Shown piece after piece: positions 28,762-37,323 of a stretch of DNA of 41,058 nucleotides (the stretch's first letter is position 1; the number at the start of each line of letters is the position of its first letter). Made by a program: the position numbers and the translations under genes. The notes below the pieces were generated by a model that had not been told where the DNA came from, searched no databases, and saw only the letters and a list, made by a program, of their open reading frames with translations. Origin of the DNA: Acidobacteriota bacterium (lineage in GTDB: Bacteria > Acidobacteriota > CAIWXX01); contig JBFMAF010000001.1 in the NCBI GenBank assembly GCA_040755995.1, forward strand, positions 1-41,058. Direction: 5' to 3'.

Positions 28762-28981
28762 GGTTCCGCAGGCGCGCTCACATTTCAGTTGACGTTGTGG
28801 GGTTGGCCGGGTAGTCTCTTCGCATGAAGTCGCGCATTGCGTCACGAGGGCGCCGGCGTGGCGTCGCGCCGCGGCGCGTCCAGACGGTCGTGTGCGACCG
28901 CGTCTCGACCGGACTGGCTGTGCGGCCTGCTTGCAGTGCCGCCGGGCCCGCTGAGGCGCTGCCAGCCGAACGCGACTCTTG

Positions 28982-31666
28982 ATGGCTGTCGGAGAGGCTC
29001 CTGTGTCACCATCGGTTCCGTCTCTCGCGCCGGGCGTTCGGCTCGGCCCTTACGAAATCCTCGCCCGCGTCGGCGCGGGCGGGATGGGGGAGGTCTATCG
29101 TGCCAGGGATACCCGGCTCGGCAGGGACGTGGCAATCAAGATCCTCCCGGCTGAGCTCGCTTCGGACGCGGAGCGCGTGGCCCGGTTCGAGCGTGAGGCG
29201 AGAGCTCTCGCAGCCCTGGCCCACCCCAACATCCTCTCTGTCTTCGACGTCGGGGTAGGAGCCGGGGTGTCGACGGGCCGGGAAGGGGAGGAGCCTTCCC
29301 CGGTCGGGGCGAAAGAGGCGCCGATTTCGTTTCTGGTCACCGAGCTGCTACAGGGCGAGACGCTTCGCCAACGGCTTAAGCGCGAGCGGCTGCAGTGGCG
29401 CAGGGCCGCGGAGATCGCGGGCGCGATCCTCGGCGGCCTCGGCGCTGCCCACGGCAAGGGGATCATCCACCGCGATCTCAAGCCGGAGAACGTCTTCATC
29501 ACCGATGACGGCCGCGTGAAGGTTCTGGACTTCGGGTTGGCCAAGGTTTCACAGCCGCTGCCCGAGACTGATGACACGACTGAGGCGTCCACGACACCGA
29601 TTGGGACGCTGGGCGGCGGCGTGCTCGGAACGGTGGGATACATGTCGCCGGAGCAGTTGCGCGGCCAGGCGGTGGACGAACGGACCGACATCTTTTCATT
29701 CGGCTGTATGCTCTACGAGATGGTGGCTGGGAAGCGGCCGTTCGCCCGCTCCAGCGCCGTAGAAACGATGGCGGCGATCCTGCACGAGGATCCTCCTGAG
29801 CTCGCCGGGCCTCAGAGCGACGTGCCGCCGGCTCTGGCGCGCGTGATCTGGCACTGCCTGGAGAAGCGCCCTGAGGACCGGTTCCAGTCGGCGCACGACA
29901 TCGCATTCAACCTCACTCTCCTTTCGCAGCCGGCCTGGGTCGAGGCTACGGTGGCCTCGGCGCCGGCCAGGCCGGCGGGCCCCGCGTGGCGCCGGCCCGC
30001 CGTGTTCGCGGCAGCGTTGGTCTCGGGCCTGGCCTTGCTCGCCGCTGGTGCGCTGTTGGATCGACACTACTCAAAGCCCCCTGAAATGAAGAGCCAGCGC
30101 CTGACGTACCGCCGCGGGTGGATCAGCGAGGCCCGTTTCATGCCTGATGGGCAGACCGTTGTCTACAGCGCGGCCTGGGACGGGCAGCCGTGCGAGGTGT
30201 ACAGCGTGCGTCTGGACGGACCCGAGAGCCGGCCGCTGGGGCTCCCCGGCGCAACCCTGCTGGACGTCTCTACATCGAGCCAGCTCGCCGTGGCGCTCCG
30301 CGCCCACGCCGGCAGAAGCACGTGGGCGTGGGCGGGGATCCTGGGGGTGGTGCCGTTCTCCGGTGGAACGCCACGGGCGATGGAGGAGAACATCAACTTC
30401 GCCGACATCTCCCCGGACGGCCAAGAGATGGCCCTTGTCCGAGAGACGGGGAACGGAACCCAGCTCGAGTGGCCGCCAGGCGACGTGCTGGTCCGCACAG
30501 CCGGCTACATCTCGCATCCACGCATATCGCCCTCGGGCGACATGCTCGCCTTCCTGCACCATGACTCGGTCAACGACAACCGGGGAGCCGTCACTGTGGT
30601 GGATCGGCAAGGCCGGACAAGGCAGCTCACAGAGGTTTTTCCGTTCTTCGCGGAGGGTCTTGCCTGGTCTCCGCGCGGAGACGAGATCTGGTTCACGGCA
30701 GCGGAGGCTGGTGCGAACTGGGGCATGTGGGCCGTAACGGTGAACGGCCGCCAGCGCCTGATCCGGCGTGAAGCGCAGGGGTTCAAGATCATGGACGTCG
30801 CGGGCGACGGCAGAGTCCTGGTCGACTGCCAGGCCGGCCAGCAGCGAGTCTTCTTCGGAGGCGAGGGGGAATTGGTCGAGCGCGAGCTCTCCTGGCTCGA
30901 CTGGTCTTCCATCAGGTTTCTCTCCGATGACGGCGGGCTGCTTGGTTTCGTTGAGAGCGGCGAGGCTGTTGGAGGAGACTACCAGTTGTATGTTCGCGAG
31001 ACGAGCGGAACCCCTCCGGTCCAGCTGGGCGCGACAGGCGGACGGGCGACTCTCTCGCCAGATGAAAGATCGGTTATTACTACACAGCCCGAGCCACCGG
31101 CGGTGATCATCTATTCGATTGGGCCCGGGCTGCCAAGAACGGTACCGGTGCCGGGGTTCACGGTCAAGGGTGCCGGCATGCTCCCTGATGCCAAGACGAT
31201 CTGGTTTGTCGGATACGAGCCTTCGCAGAGCGAGAGGATATGGTTGACCGACCTCGCCGGGGCGAAGCCGAGACCCGTGACACCTGAAGGCCTGACGTTC
31301 TTGCGACCGCCGATCACACCGGACGGCAAGTATGCCGCGGCCAGGTCGGACGGGAAGTTGTGGCTCATTCCATTGGCCGGCGGCTCGCCGCAGCCGCTGA
31401 AAGGTATGCGCCAGGAAGAGGAGATCGCCGGTTGGGCTGCCGACGGCCGCTCGCTCTACGCGTATTGCCCGTCTGACATGCCGATCATCGTCTGGCGGAT
31501 CGATGTGTCGACCGGGCAACGCGAGCTGGCGCGGGAGATTGTGCCTGCCGACCACGCTGGCAGCCGCTTCGGGGTCCACCTCTGTATCACACCCGACGGG
31601 AAGAGATACGCCTACTCGATCGACCAGTGGCTCTCCGCACTCCGCGTCATCGAGACATTGCGGTGA
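28982..31666 (+). CDS. Hanks-type Ser/Thr protein kinase with TM and TolB/PD40-like beta-propeller
   Basis: GAGGMGEVY, VAIK, HRDLKPEN, DFGLAK, GTVGYMSPEQ and DIFSFG. A TM follows the kinase domain, then repeated (S/T)PDG blades. Confidence 0.93.
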   Translation: MAVGEAPVSPSVPSLAPGVRLGPYEILARVGAGGMGEVYRARDTRLGRDVAIKILPAELASDAERVARFEREARALAALAHPNILSVFDVGVGAGVSTGREGEEPSPVGAKEAPISFLVTELLQGETLRQRLKRERLQWRRAAEIAGAILGGLGAAHGKGIIHRDLKPENVFITDDGRVKVLDFGLAKVSQPLPETDDTTEASTTPIGTLGGGVLGTVGYMSPEQLRGQAVDERTDIFSFGCMLYEMVAGKRPFARSSAVETMAAILHEDPPELAGPQSDVPPALARVIWHCLEKRPEDRFQSAHDIAFNLTLLSQPAWVEATVASAPARPAGPAWRRPAVFAAALVSGLALLAAGALLDRHYSKPPEMKSQRLTYRRGWISEARFMPDGQTVVYSAAWDGQPCEVYSVRLDGPESRPLGLPGATLLDVSTSSQLAVALRAHAGRSTWAWAGILGVVPFSGGTPRAMEENINFADISPDGQEMALVRETGNGTQLEWPPGDVLVRTAGYISHPRISPSGDMLAFLHHDSVNDNRGAVTVVDRQGRTRQLTEVFPFFAEGLAWSPRGDEIWFTAAEAGANWGMWAVTVNGRQRLIRREAQGFKIMDVAGDGRVLVDCQAGQQRVFFGGEGELVERELSWLDWSSIRFLSDDGGLLGFVESGEAVGGDYQLYVRETSGTPPVQLGATGGRATLSPDERSVITTQPEPPAVIIYSIGPGLPRTVPVPGFTVKGAGMLPDAKTIWFVGYEPSQSERIWLTDLAGAKPRPVTPEGLTFLRPPITPDGKYAAARSDGKLWLIPLAGGSPQPLKGMRQEEEIAGWAADGRSLYAYCPSDMPIIVWRIDVSTGQRELAREIVPADHAGSRFGVHLCITPDGKRYAYSIDQWLSALRVIETLR

Positions 31667-31733
31667 GCACCTGCGCTCCGACGTGGCGACCGCCGGTGCA
31701 TGGGAAGCGGGTGAGTCCTCGATTTCGCCCAGG

Positions 31734-34031
31734 CTACCGCGGAGCGAACTTCCGCGCCAGGTTGTTGTCGATGACGTACATGCACACCTCCTTGGCACCG
31801 TGTTCGGTGTAGTGACGCTTATTACAGAGGTTGTGCATCAGGAACGTGACGTCCTCCTGCGTGCGTGTGTCGTACGTCCGGAAGCCCTCCGTGTTGTAGT
31901 CGCGGATGGCGCCGCGGAAGTTCTCGTTGTCCAGGAACGGCTCGAGTACGCGTTCTTTGAGGTTGTGGATGTATCGTTCGTGAAGGGCGGTGAAGAGCTG
32001 GGTCTCGGTTATCTTCTTTCCTTCGAGCATGATCTCCTGAGTCAGCGCCTTCGCCGTGTACTCCTTCTGCGTGTCCCGCCGGAAGCTCAGCCTGGTGCGC
32101 TCGTTGGCGTCGGTCCCGAGCAGGCGCTGCTCGAGGTCCTCGAAGAACTCGGAGGTGATCTCCAGGCGGTCGCCCGTGAACCTGCAGACCTCCGCCCGTC
32201 CGGGCTCGAAATTCACCGCGAAGAGATAGTTCTGGATGTCGCGTGAGATCTGCTCCTCGTTGTACGAGTAGAGCGATTCCTTGACCTCCTGCAGCACCGT
32301 GTAGTCGTACATGCGCAACAGCGAGTCCAGAAACCCCCTCGGTATCTCCTTCTGCTCCTCCCTCGGCAGCGTCGAGCTGAAGAACTGGTAGAGCATCGAC
32401 ATGTTGATCAGCTTGTCGTCGTCGGAGTAGGTCGTGAAGAACTGGTCGAACATCTTGATGGAGTCGCGTCCGGAGAATCCCTGTTCGCCCTCCCCCTCCG
32501 ATTCCGCGATGATGCTCCGCCGTCGCTTGGCCGTGAACGCCTTTCTGTCGTCCTCGGTCAGCCAGGGCGGAATGTGCCCGGTGTAGATCTCCATCTTGAG
32601 GAGCTGCAGGTTGTCATCGCAGTAGAGGCTGTACTTCCGCGGATCCGGGATCCAGTCCAGCAGCGCCTCGGACCGGGGGCTCAGGCGGGTCGAAATGACA
32701 ACGCGGGCGAAGTTGTGGAGAGCTCTGGGCAGGAAGCTGCTATCGATGTGCCTGCCGAAGGTGGCCCTGTAGATCTCGACTTCCGTGTTCAGATCGAGCA
32801 CGTAGGGCACCCTGACGTACTCGATCCGGTCGGAGAAGGAGGGGATGTCCTTGATGTTCGCCTTGTCCTCGGGATTCATCAGCGCCAAGAAGAGCGACTT
32901 GACGTTCTCCTCGATGTCCTCGACCTTGTGCACGCCTTCGCTGATGATGTTGTGCAGCTCGATCAGCCGCTCGACGTTGTGGCTCTTGATGTCCATCAGC
33001 GCATAGATGCCGTTGTTGGTCTTGGCGTGGTGGGAATGGAGGTACCGGACCGCGTTGCTGTCCTGCAGCACCCCGTTGATGCGGCCCTGGAGCATCGGGT
33101 TTGAGAGCACGTTCTGCTGGACCGGCTTGTCGCCGGGATTGAACACGCTGATCCCCTCGCCGATTCTGCGATTGAACCGGTACTCGCGCGCGCACACCAT
33201 GTCGAATACCTTCATCGGGCTCCCCAGGCGTGCGAGCAGCGTCTCGTAGAGCGAGCTGCAGATGGTGCACGGATTGTCACGGAACACCCACTCGTATTCC
33301 TTCTCGGTGAATAGCGTCCACTTGAACTTGTCGTTCTGGAACAGGTCGTCGAAAAAGGCCCGGCGGTTGGCCTTCGGGATCAGCAAGACAGGGTTGTCGT
33401 GGCTCGGGCAGGGAACCTCCACGAACTCGTTGATGGCCTGCGAGAATTGGTGCTCATCCACCAGCGGCTCGGTCGACTGGCCGTCATGCGCAACCAGCTG
33501 GCGCACCAGCCTGGCCACCATCGGGAGGTTCTCGATGTCGAGGCGGCCTCCGAGAAGCTTGCGGTCGAGGTGCCACACGACTTCGTACCGCCTGCCCGCC
33601 AGCGTGTTGGCGTATTCCTCGAACTTCATCAGCAGGTTGTTCAGGAAGGTGCTCTTGCCGCACCCCGCAGGCCCCTCGAAGATGTACAGCTTGTTCTGGA
33701 GCGTCCCGTGCCTGAGCGTCTCGATGCGGTTGAACAGCCGGTTGGCGAAGAGCCGGTCGGCGAAGAACGGGTGATCGGCTCCCTCCACGAAGAGCTTACT
33801 ACAATCGTAGTAGACGAAGTTGATGGACTCGGGGTCGTCCGGGTACTCGTCCTTGCCCTCGCCGACGTAGCTCCGGATCATGTCGTGGAACACCTGGATG
33901 ACATTCCGGATGACGGCTTGCGGCCGCTCGGTCAAGATCTTCAGGAACTCGTCGAAGCGGATGGCGCTGCGGTAGTTGCGCCCGTCGAGGTTCCTGTTCA
34001 GGTTTTCCAGAGCCTCGTTGATGTTCTCCAT
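31734..34031 (-). CDS. PrkA/YeaG-like AAA+ protein, second divergent paralogue
   Basis: Walker A GPAGCGKS, CPSHDNP, CTIC, DRIEYVRVPYVL..E..IY and EGEQGFSGR. ATG 34031. Confidence 0.82.
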   Translation of the reverse strand: MENINEALENLNRNLDGRNYRSAIRFDEFLKILTERPQAVIRNVIQVFHDMIRSYVGEGKDEYPDDPESINFVYYDCSKLFVEGADHPFFADRLFANRLFNRIETLRHGTLQNKLYIFEGPAGCGKSTFLNNLLMKFEEYANTLAGRRYEVVWHLDRKLLGGRLDIENLPMVARLVRQLVAHDGQSTEPLVDEHQFSQAINEFVEVPCPSHDNPVLLIPKANRRAFFDDLFQNDKFKWTLFTEKEYEWVFRDNPCTICSSLYETLLARLGSPMKVFDMVCAREYRFNRRIGEGISVFNPGDKPVQQNVLSNPMLQGRINGVLQDSNAVRYLHSHHAKTNNGIYALMDIKSHNVERLIELHNIISEGVHKVEDIEENVKSLFLALMNPEDKANIKDIPSFSDRIEYVRVPYVLDLNTEVEIYRATFGRHIDSSFLPRALHNFARVVISTRLSPRSEALLDWIPDPRKYSLYCDDNLQLLKMEIYTGHIPPWLTEDDRKAFTAKRRRSIIAESEGEGEQGFSGRDSIKMFDQFFTTYSDDDKLINMSMLYQFFSSTLPREEQKEIPRGFLDSLLRMYDYTVLQEVKESLYSYNEEQISRDIQNYLFAVNFEPGRAEVCRFTGDRLEITSEFFEDLEQRLLGTDANERTRLSFRRDTQKEYTAKALTQEIMLEGKKITETQLFTALHERYIHNLKERVLEPFLDNENFRGAIRDYNTEGFRTYDTRTQEDVTFLMHNLCNKRHYTEHGAKEVCMYVIDNNLARKFAPR

Positions 34032-34038
34032 CGGGGTT

Positions 34039-35688
34039 TCACAGGTCTTGTTTCGAGAGTTTGCGGTTCTGCATCGTGTAGACGACGCGGCGGAACTGGA
34101 CCTGCTTCTGGAGATCGACGCGCTCGCCGGCATCCGACGGCCCGTAGCCGATGCCGGGCTGGCCGACGGGGCTTGCCACGGCCTCGGTGGTCTCGAGCTT
34201 CACAGGCCCGCCCCACAGATACTCGATCCCCAGCATGGTGTTGGGTATGAAATCGGCAACCAGCGGCTTGCCCTCGAAGTGGTGTACCAGATACAGGGTT
34301 CCCTCGGCGGCCAGCGCGCGGTCGATCTGGATGTGCGGGGGATGGTAGAGTTGATCCAGCAGCATCTGCCGGTAGTCCTCGGCCTTGCGGCTCCTGACGT
34401 AGTATTCCCACACCATGCGCTGCTGATTCAGCCGCCGCCCAACGACGAAGAGCTGATGCTTGTTGATGAAATCCTGGTCGACGAAGGAGTTGATGAAGGT
34501 GAAATCGGAAAAGTCCTCGCGCACCTTGAAGAGGACCTCCTTGCCCTGTCCCGTTTTCCGGTCGAAGATCTTTCTCTTATCGGCGTCGGCCAGGCTGTCG
34601 AATTCGTAGGAAAGGCGTCCCTTCTCGGCCAGCTCCTCGACGTGGTACAAGAGCAGCATTCCGAGCGCATAGGGATTCAGCCCGACTCGAGGCATCACCG
34701 TGACCCCCGAATTCACCCGCGCGAATTCCACCTCGTGGCCGCGGATGCGGTCGTCCTGCAGGAACAGCCGCTCGTGCCAGTAGCTGGCCCAGCCCTCGTT
34801 AAGAATCTTGGTGCGGATCTGCGGCTGGAAGAACATGGACGCTCCGTGAACGACCTCCATAATCGACCGCATCCACCGGTTGTCCTCCTTCTGCAGGAAC
34901 GGGGAATTCTCGATGAGGAACTGGATGAGATCGGCACGTCGGCCGTCCTTGCGGGTGAGGTGCTTCCTGTAAAGCGCCTCGAACTCGGGGTGCTTCGCGG
35001 CTATCTCGGAGAAGAAGGCCTGGTCTCCGAGCCCGCCGAGTTCCTTCTTGCAACGATTGTACCGCTCGACCTCCTTCACATACTCGTGGGTCCTGACCCC
35101 TTTCACCGTCTGCAGGAACACGTCGAAGTAGTAGTCCAGCCTGCTGTCGGGCCGCGCAGGAGCGGGGCGGTGCACGCGCGAGAGCTCGTTGTAGTAGCCG
35201 ACCAGGTTGTCGATTCCGCGAGTGAACTCTATCGTATAGTCGACCCACCGGCCCTTCTCCGCGCGCAGGTTGGCGATGAGCCGCTTGTCCGAGAGGGCCC
35301 GCCCGTTGAAATCGTAGTCCCACGTGTGGCGGAAAAACAGATTGTTCTGGAAGAAGTCGATGTGCCCCAGCACGTGGTAGAAGATCATCACGTTGAGCCA
35401 GTCCGGGTTGTTGTCGTTGTAGTACGAGATCGCCGGGCGCGTGTTGATGACCGTCTCGTACGGATTGCTCGGATAGAGCTCGTACCGGCCCTTCTCGCGC
35501 AGCACCTCCACGTCGTGCACCCAGTAGTCATAGAGATTCGGGATCATCAGCTTCGGCGTCAGCTCGATCAGATCCCGATTGGTGACGATGTACTCCAGCG
35601 TCTCGCTGTCGAAACGCAGTCCGGCGTCCCGGGCGCGCTCCTTGCACCCCTCCATTATCTTCTTGGTGCGTTGATCGATGAGCTCCAT
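34039..35688 (-). CDS. SpoVR/YcgB family protein
   Basis: YETVINTRP, HVLGHIDFFQNN, FQPQIRTKILNEGWASYWH, LNPYALG and LWGGPV.LET. Confidence 0.93.
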   Translation of the reverse strand: MELIDQRTKKIMEGCKERARDAGLRFDSETLEYIVTNRDLIELTPKLMIPNLYDYWVHDVEVLREKGRYELYPSNPYETVINTRPAISYYNDNNPDWLNVMIFYHVLGHIDFFQNNLFFRHTWDYDFNGRALSDKRLIANLRAEKGRWVDYTIEFTRGIDNLVGYYNELSRVHRPAPARPDSRLDYYFDVFLQTVKGVRTHEYVKEVERYNRCKKELGGLGDQAFFSEIAAKHPEFEALYRKHLTRKDGRRADLIQFLIENSPFLQKEDNRWMRSIMEVVHGASMFFQPQIRTKILNEGWASYWHERLFLQDDRIRGHEVEFARVNSGVTVMPRVGLNPYALGMLLLYHVEELAEKGRLSYEFDSLADADKRKIFDRKTGQGKEVLFKVREDFSDFTFINSFVDQDFINKHQLFVVGRRLNQQRMVWEYYVRSRKAEDYRQMLLDQLYHPPHIQIDRALAAEGTLYLVHHFEGKPLVADFIPNTMLGIEYLWGGPVKLETTEAVASPVGQPGIGYGPSDAGERVDLQKQVQFRRVVYTMQNRKLSKQDL

Positions 35689-35742
35689 GTGCTAGCTCAG
35701 CTGGTATGGTCCGGCCGGCCTCCTATCGTGGCGTAGCTTTCT

Positions 35743-35758
35743 TTCATACTTCATACTT
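35743..35758. repeat. Short 7-nt tandem (TTCATAC)x2
   Basis: Directly after the DUF444 stop codon and AT-rich against the background. Confidence 0.4.
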
Positions 35759-37144
35759 TCAGGATATGAGCTTCTTGATTCCGGCTATGATTCGCGCCTC
35801 GTCGGCGTCCTGGGGCATGGCGTCCATCCGCAGAAGCTCCGGCTTCTGCTCCAGCAGATGCGACTTCCCGAGATAACGCTCCATTTCCGTTCCGTCCGGC
35901 GTGCCCATCACGAACTTGGCGACGGTGATTCCCACGCGGCTGGCATACTGCATCATCTTCGTCAGCTCGGGCAGCATCTCCTTGCCGTCGGTATCGAAGT
36001 CGTCCCCGTCTGTGCCGTGAAAGACATAGATGTTGTAGTCGCGCTGCAGGTTCTCTTTGTCGACTATCTCGTTGACAAGCCGGTAGGCCGAAGCCACCAG
36101 AGTGCCGCCGGCCACCTTCGAGTTGTAGTACGTGTAGAAATCGGGGACTTCCTTGGCCGAGGTATCGTGCAGGACGAATCGTGACTCCACCTGCCGCGCA
36201 TACTGGTAGAGCAGCCAGCTGTAAATCAAGACATGCTGCGCTACCACGACCTCGGTCGGCTTCCCTGACATGCTCCCCGAGTAGTCTCGAAGGAAGAAGA
36301 CCATCGCCTGGGATTCGTAGTCCTTCTCCTTGGACAGGATTCGGTAGATCATGTCGTCGGGGGAGATCAGAAGCCTGGACGGATCGATGTCGTCCACGTC
36401 GGGGACGTTGCCCAGGTGGATGTTGGTCTCCAGGATCTGGCGGAGCGTGGCCTTCTTGTCGAGAACCTGCCCGAATCCGCGGTGGCGGTCGGTGAGGTCG
36501 TAGGTGTAGCGGGTGAACGATCGCTTCTTGCCCTTGTCCTTGAGATTCGGCAGCTGGAATTTCTCGGTCAGGATCCGCCCGAGATCGTAGGCGCTCGACT
36601 CCATCTCGTGCGGGCCGCCCTGGCCCTGTCCCGCGCCGCCGGCGCCGGCCTCCGTCTCCTCCCTCACCGGCTGCTCGCCGATCACCTCGCCCTCTTCACC
36701 CTCTCCCGACCCGCCCGAGGCCTTTTCGTCGTCCTGCGGTGTCGTGGATGTGTCGTGGACGAATTTCTCTTCGACGGTGGTGGGCACCACGACCACCTTG
36801 TCCTTGCCGCCCTTGCCCGGCTTGATGAGCCGGCCCACGCGGATCTTGCGGGGGAAGCCGTCTTTCTCCCGCTGGTTGTCGCGCTCGAGAAGCTCGTCGA
36901 TCGAGCGCAGGCACTGGAGGAAGGGGTTGGCGGATGGGAAGAGGTCCTGCAGCACCGGCAGGTCGTGCCAATCATAGGCCCGCCGTGCGGGACGGATCCC
37001 CCCACCCTCAGCCGGTCCGCTTTCACCGGTCGCGATGCCGTGCACTCCGGCTCCTTCAATCTCGGCACGGAGCAGCTTCTCCTGCGCGGGCTCCAGGCCG
37101 CCGAGCCTCAGCTCATCGAGAAGCCGCTCAAGCTGCTGGTCCAT
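35759..37144 (-). CDS. DUF444 (YeaH/YhbH) family protein with vWA-like C-terminus
   Basis: Gly/Glu-rich linker, LPNLKDKG, AMVFFLRDYSGSM, GGTLVASAY and YNIYVFHGTDGD. Start reassigned to ATG 37144; the ORF-track extension is translated repeat. Confidence 0.9.
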   Translation of the reverse strand: MDQQLERLLDELRLGGLEPAQEKLLRAEIEGAGVHGIATGESGPAEGGGIRPARRAYDWHDLPVLQDLFPSANPFLQCLRSIDELLERDNQREKDGFPRKIRVGRLIKPGKGGKDKVVVVPTTVEEKFVHDTSTTPQDDEKASGGSGEGEEGEVIGEQPVREETEAGAGGAGQGQGGPHEMESSAYDLGRILTEKFQLPNLKDKGKKRSFTRYTYDLTDRHRGFGQVLDKKATLRQILETNIHLGNVPDVDDIDPSRLLISPDDMIYRILSKEKDYESQAMVFFLRDYSGSMSGKPTEVVVAQHVLIYSWLLYQYARQVESRFVLHDTSAKEVPDFYTYYNSKVAGGTLVASAYRLVNEIVDKENLQRDYNIYVFHGTDGDDFDTDGKEMLPELTKMMQYASRVGITVAKFVMGTPDGTEMERYLGKSHLLEQKPELLRMDAMPQDADEARIIAGIKKLIS

Positions 37145-37159
37145 GCCAACCCCAGGCGA

Positions 37160-37245
37160 ATGCGAAATGCGGAATGCGGAATGCGGAATCACGGTGGAAT
37201 GCGGAATAGCCGCCAAATCTGAGATCTGAAATCTGAGATCTGAAA
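37160..37245. repeat. Two adjacent 7-nt tandem arrays: (ATGCGGA) and (ARATCTG)x4
   Basis: ATGCGAA ATGCGGA ATGCGGA ATGCGGA ... ATGCGGA (37160-37205), then AAATCTG AGATCTG AAATCTG AGATCTG (37215-37242). Confidence 0.9.
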
Positions 37246-37323
37246 CGGCTCGAAGCCATCATCCGCACCCAGCCACTCGGCAACATGCTCTCACCTATGC
37301 ACCAGACCAACAGTTCTCCCGGT

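Noticed and set aside
28685..28850. Group II intron remnant (GCGGTGAAAG resembles domain V)
   Set aside because: The flanking domain V pairing and catalytic triad are absent, and there is no RT ORF.
33976..35736. 586-aa plus-strand ORF antisense to spoVR (similarly 9379-11229, 30071-31798, 14592-15722, 1587-3002)
   Set aside because: Shadow ORFs expected in high-GC coding DNA. They show no recognisable motifs and fully overlap well-supported genes.
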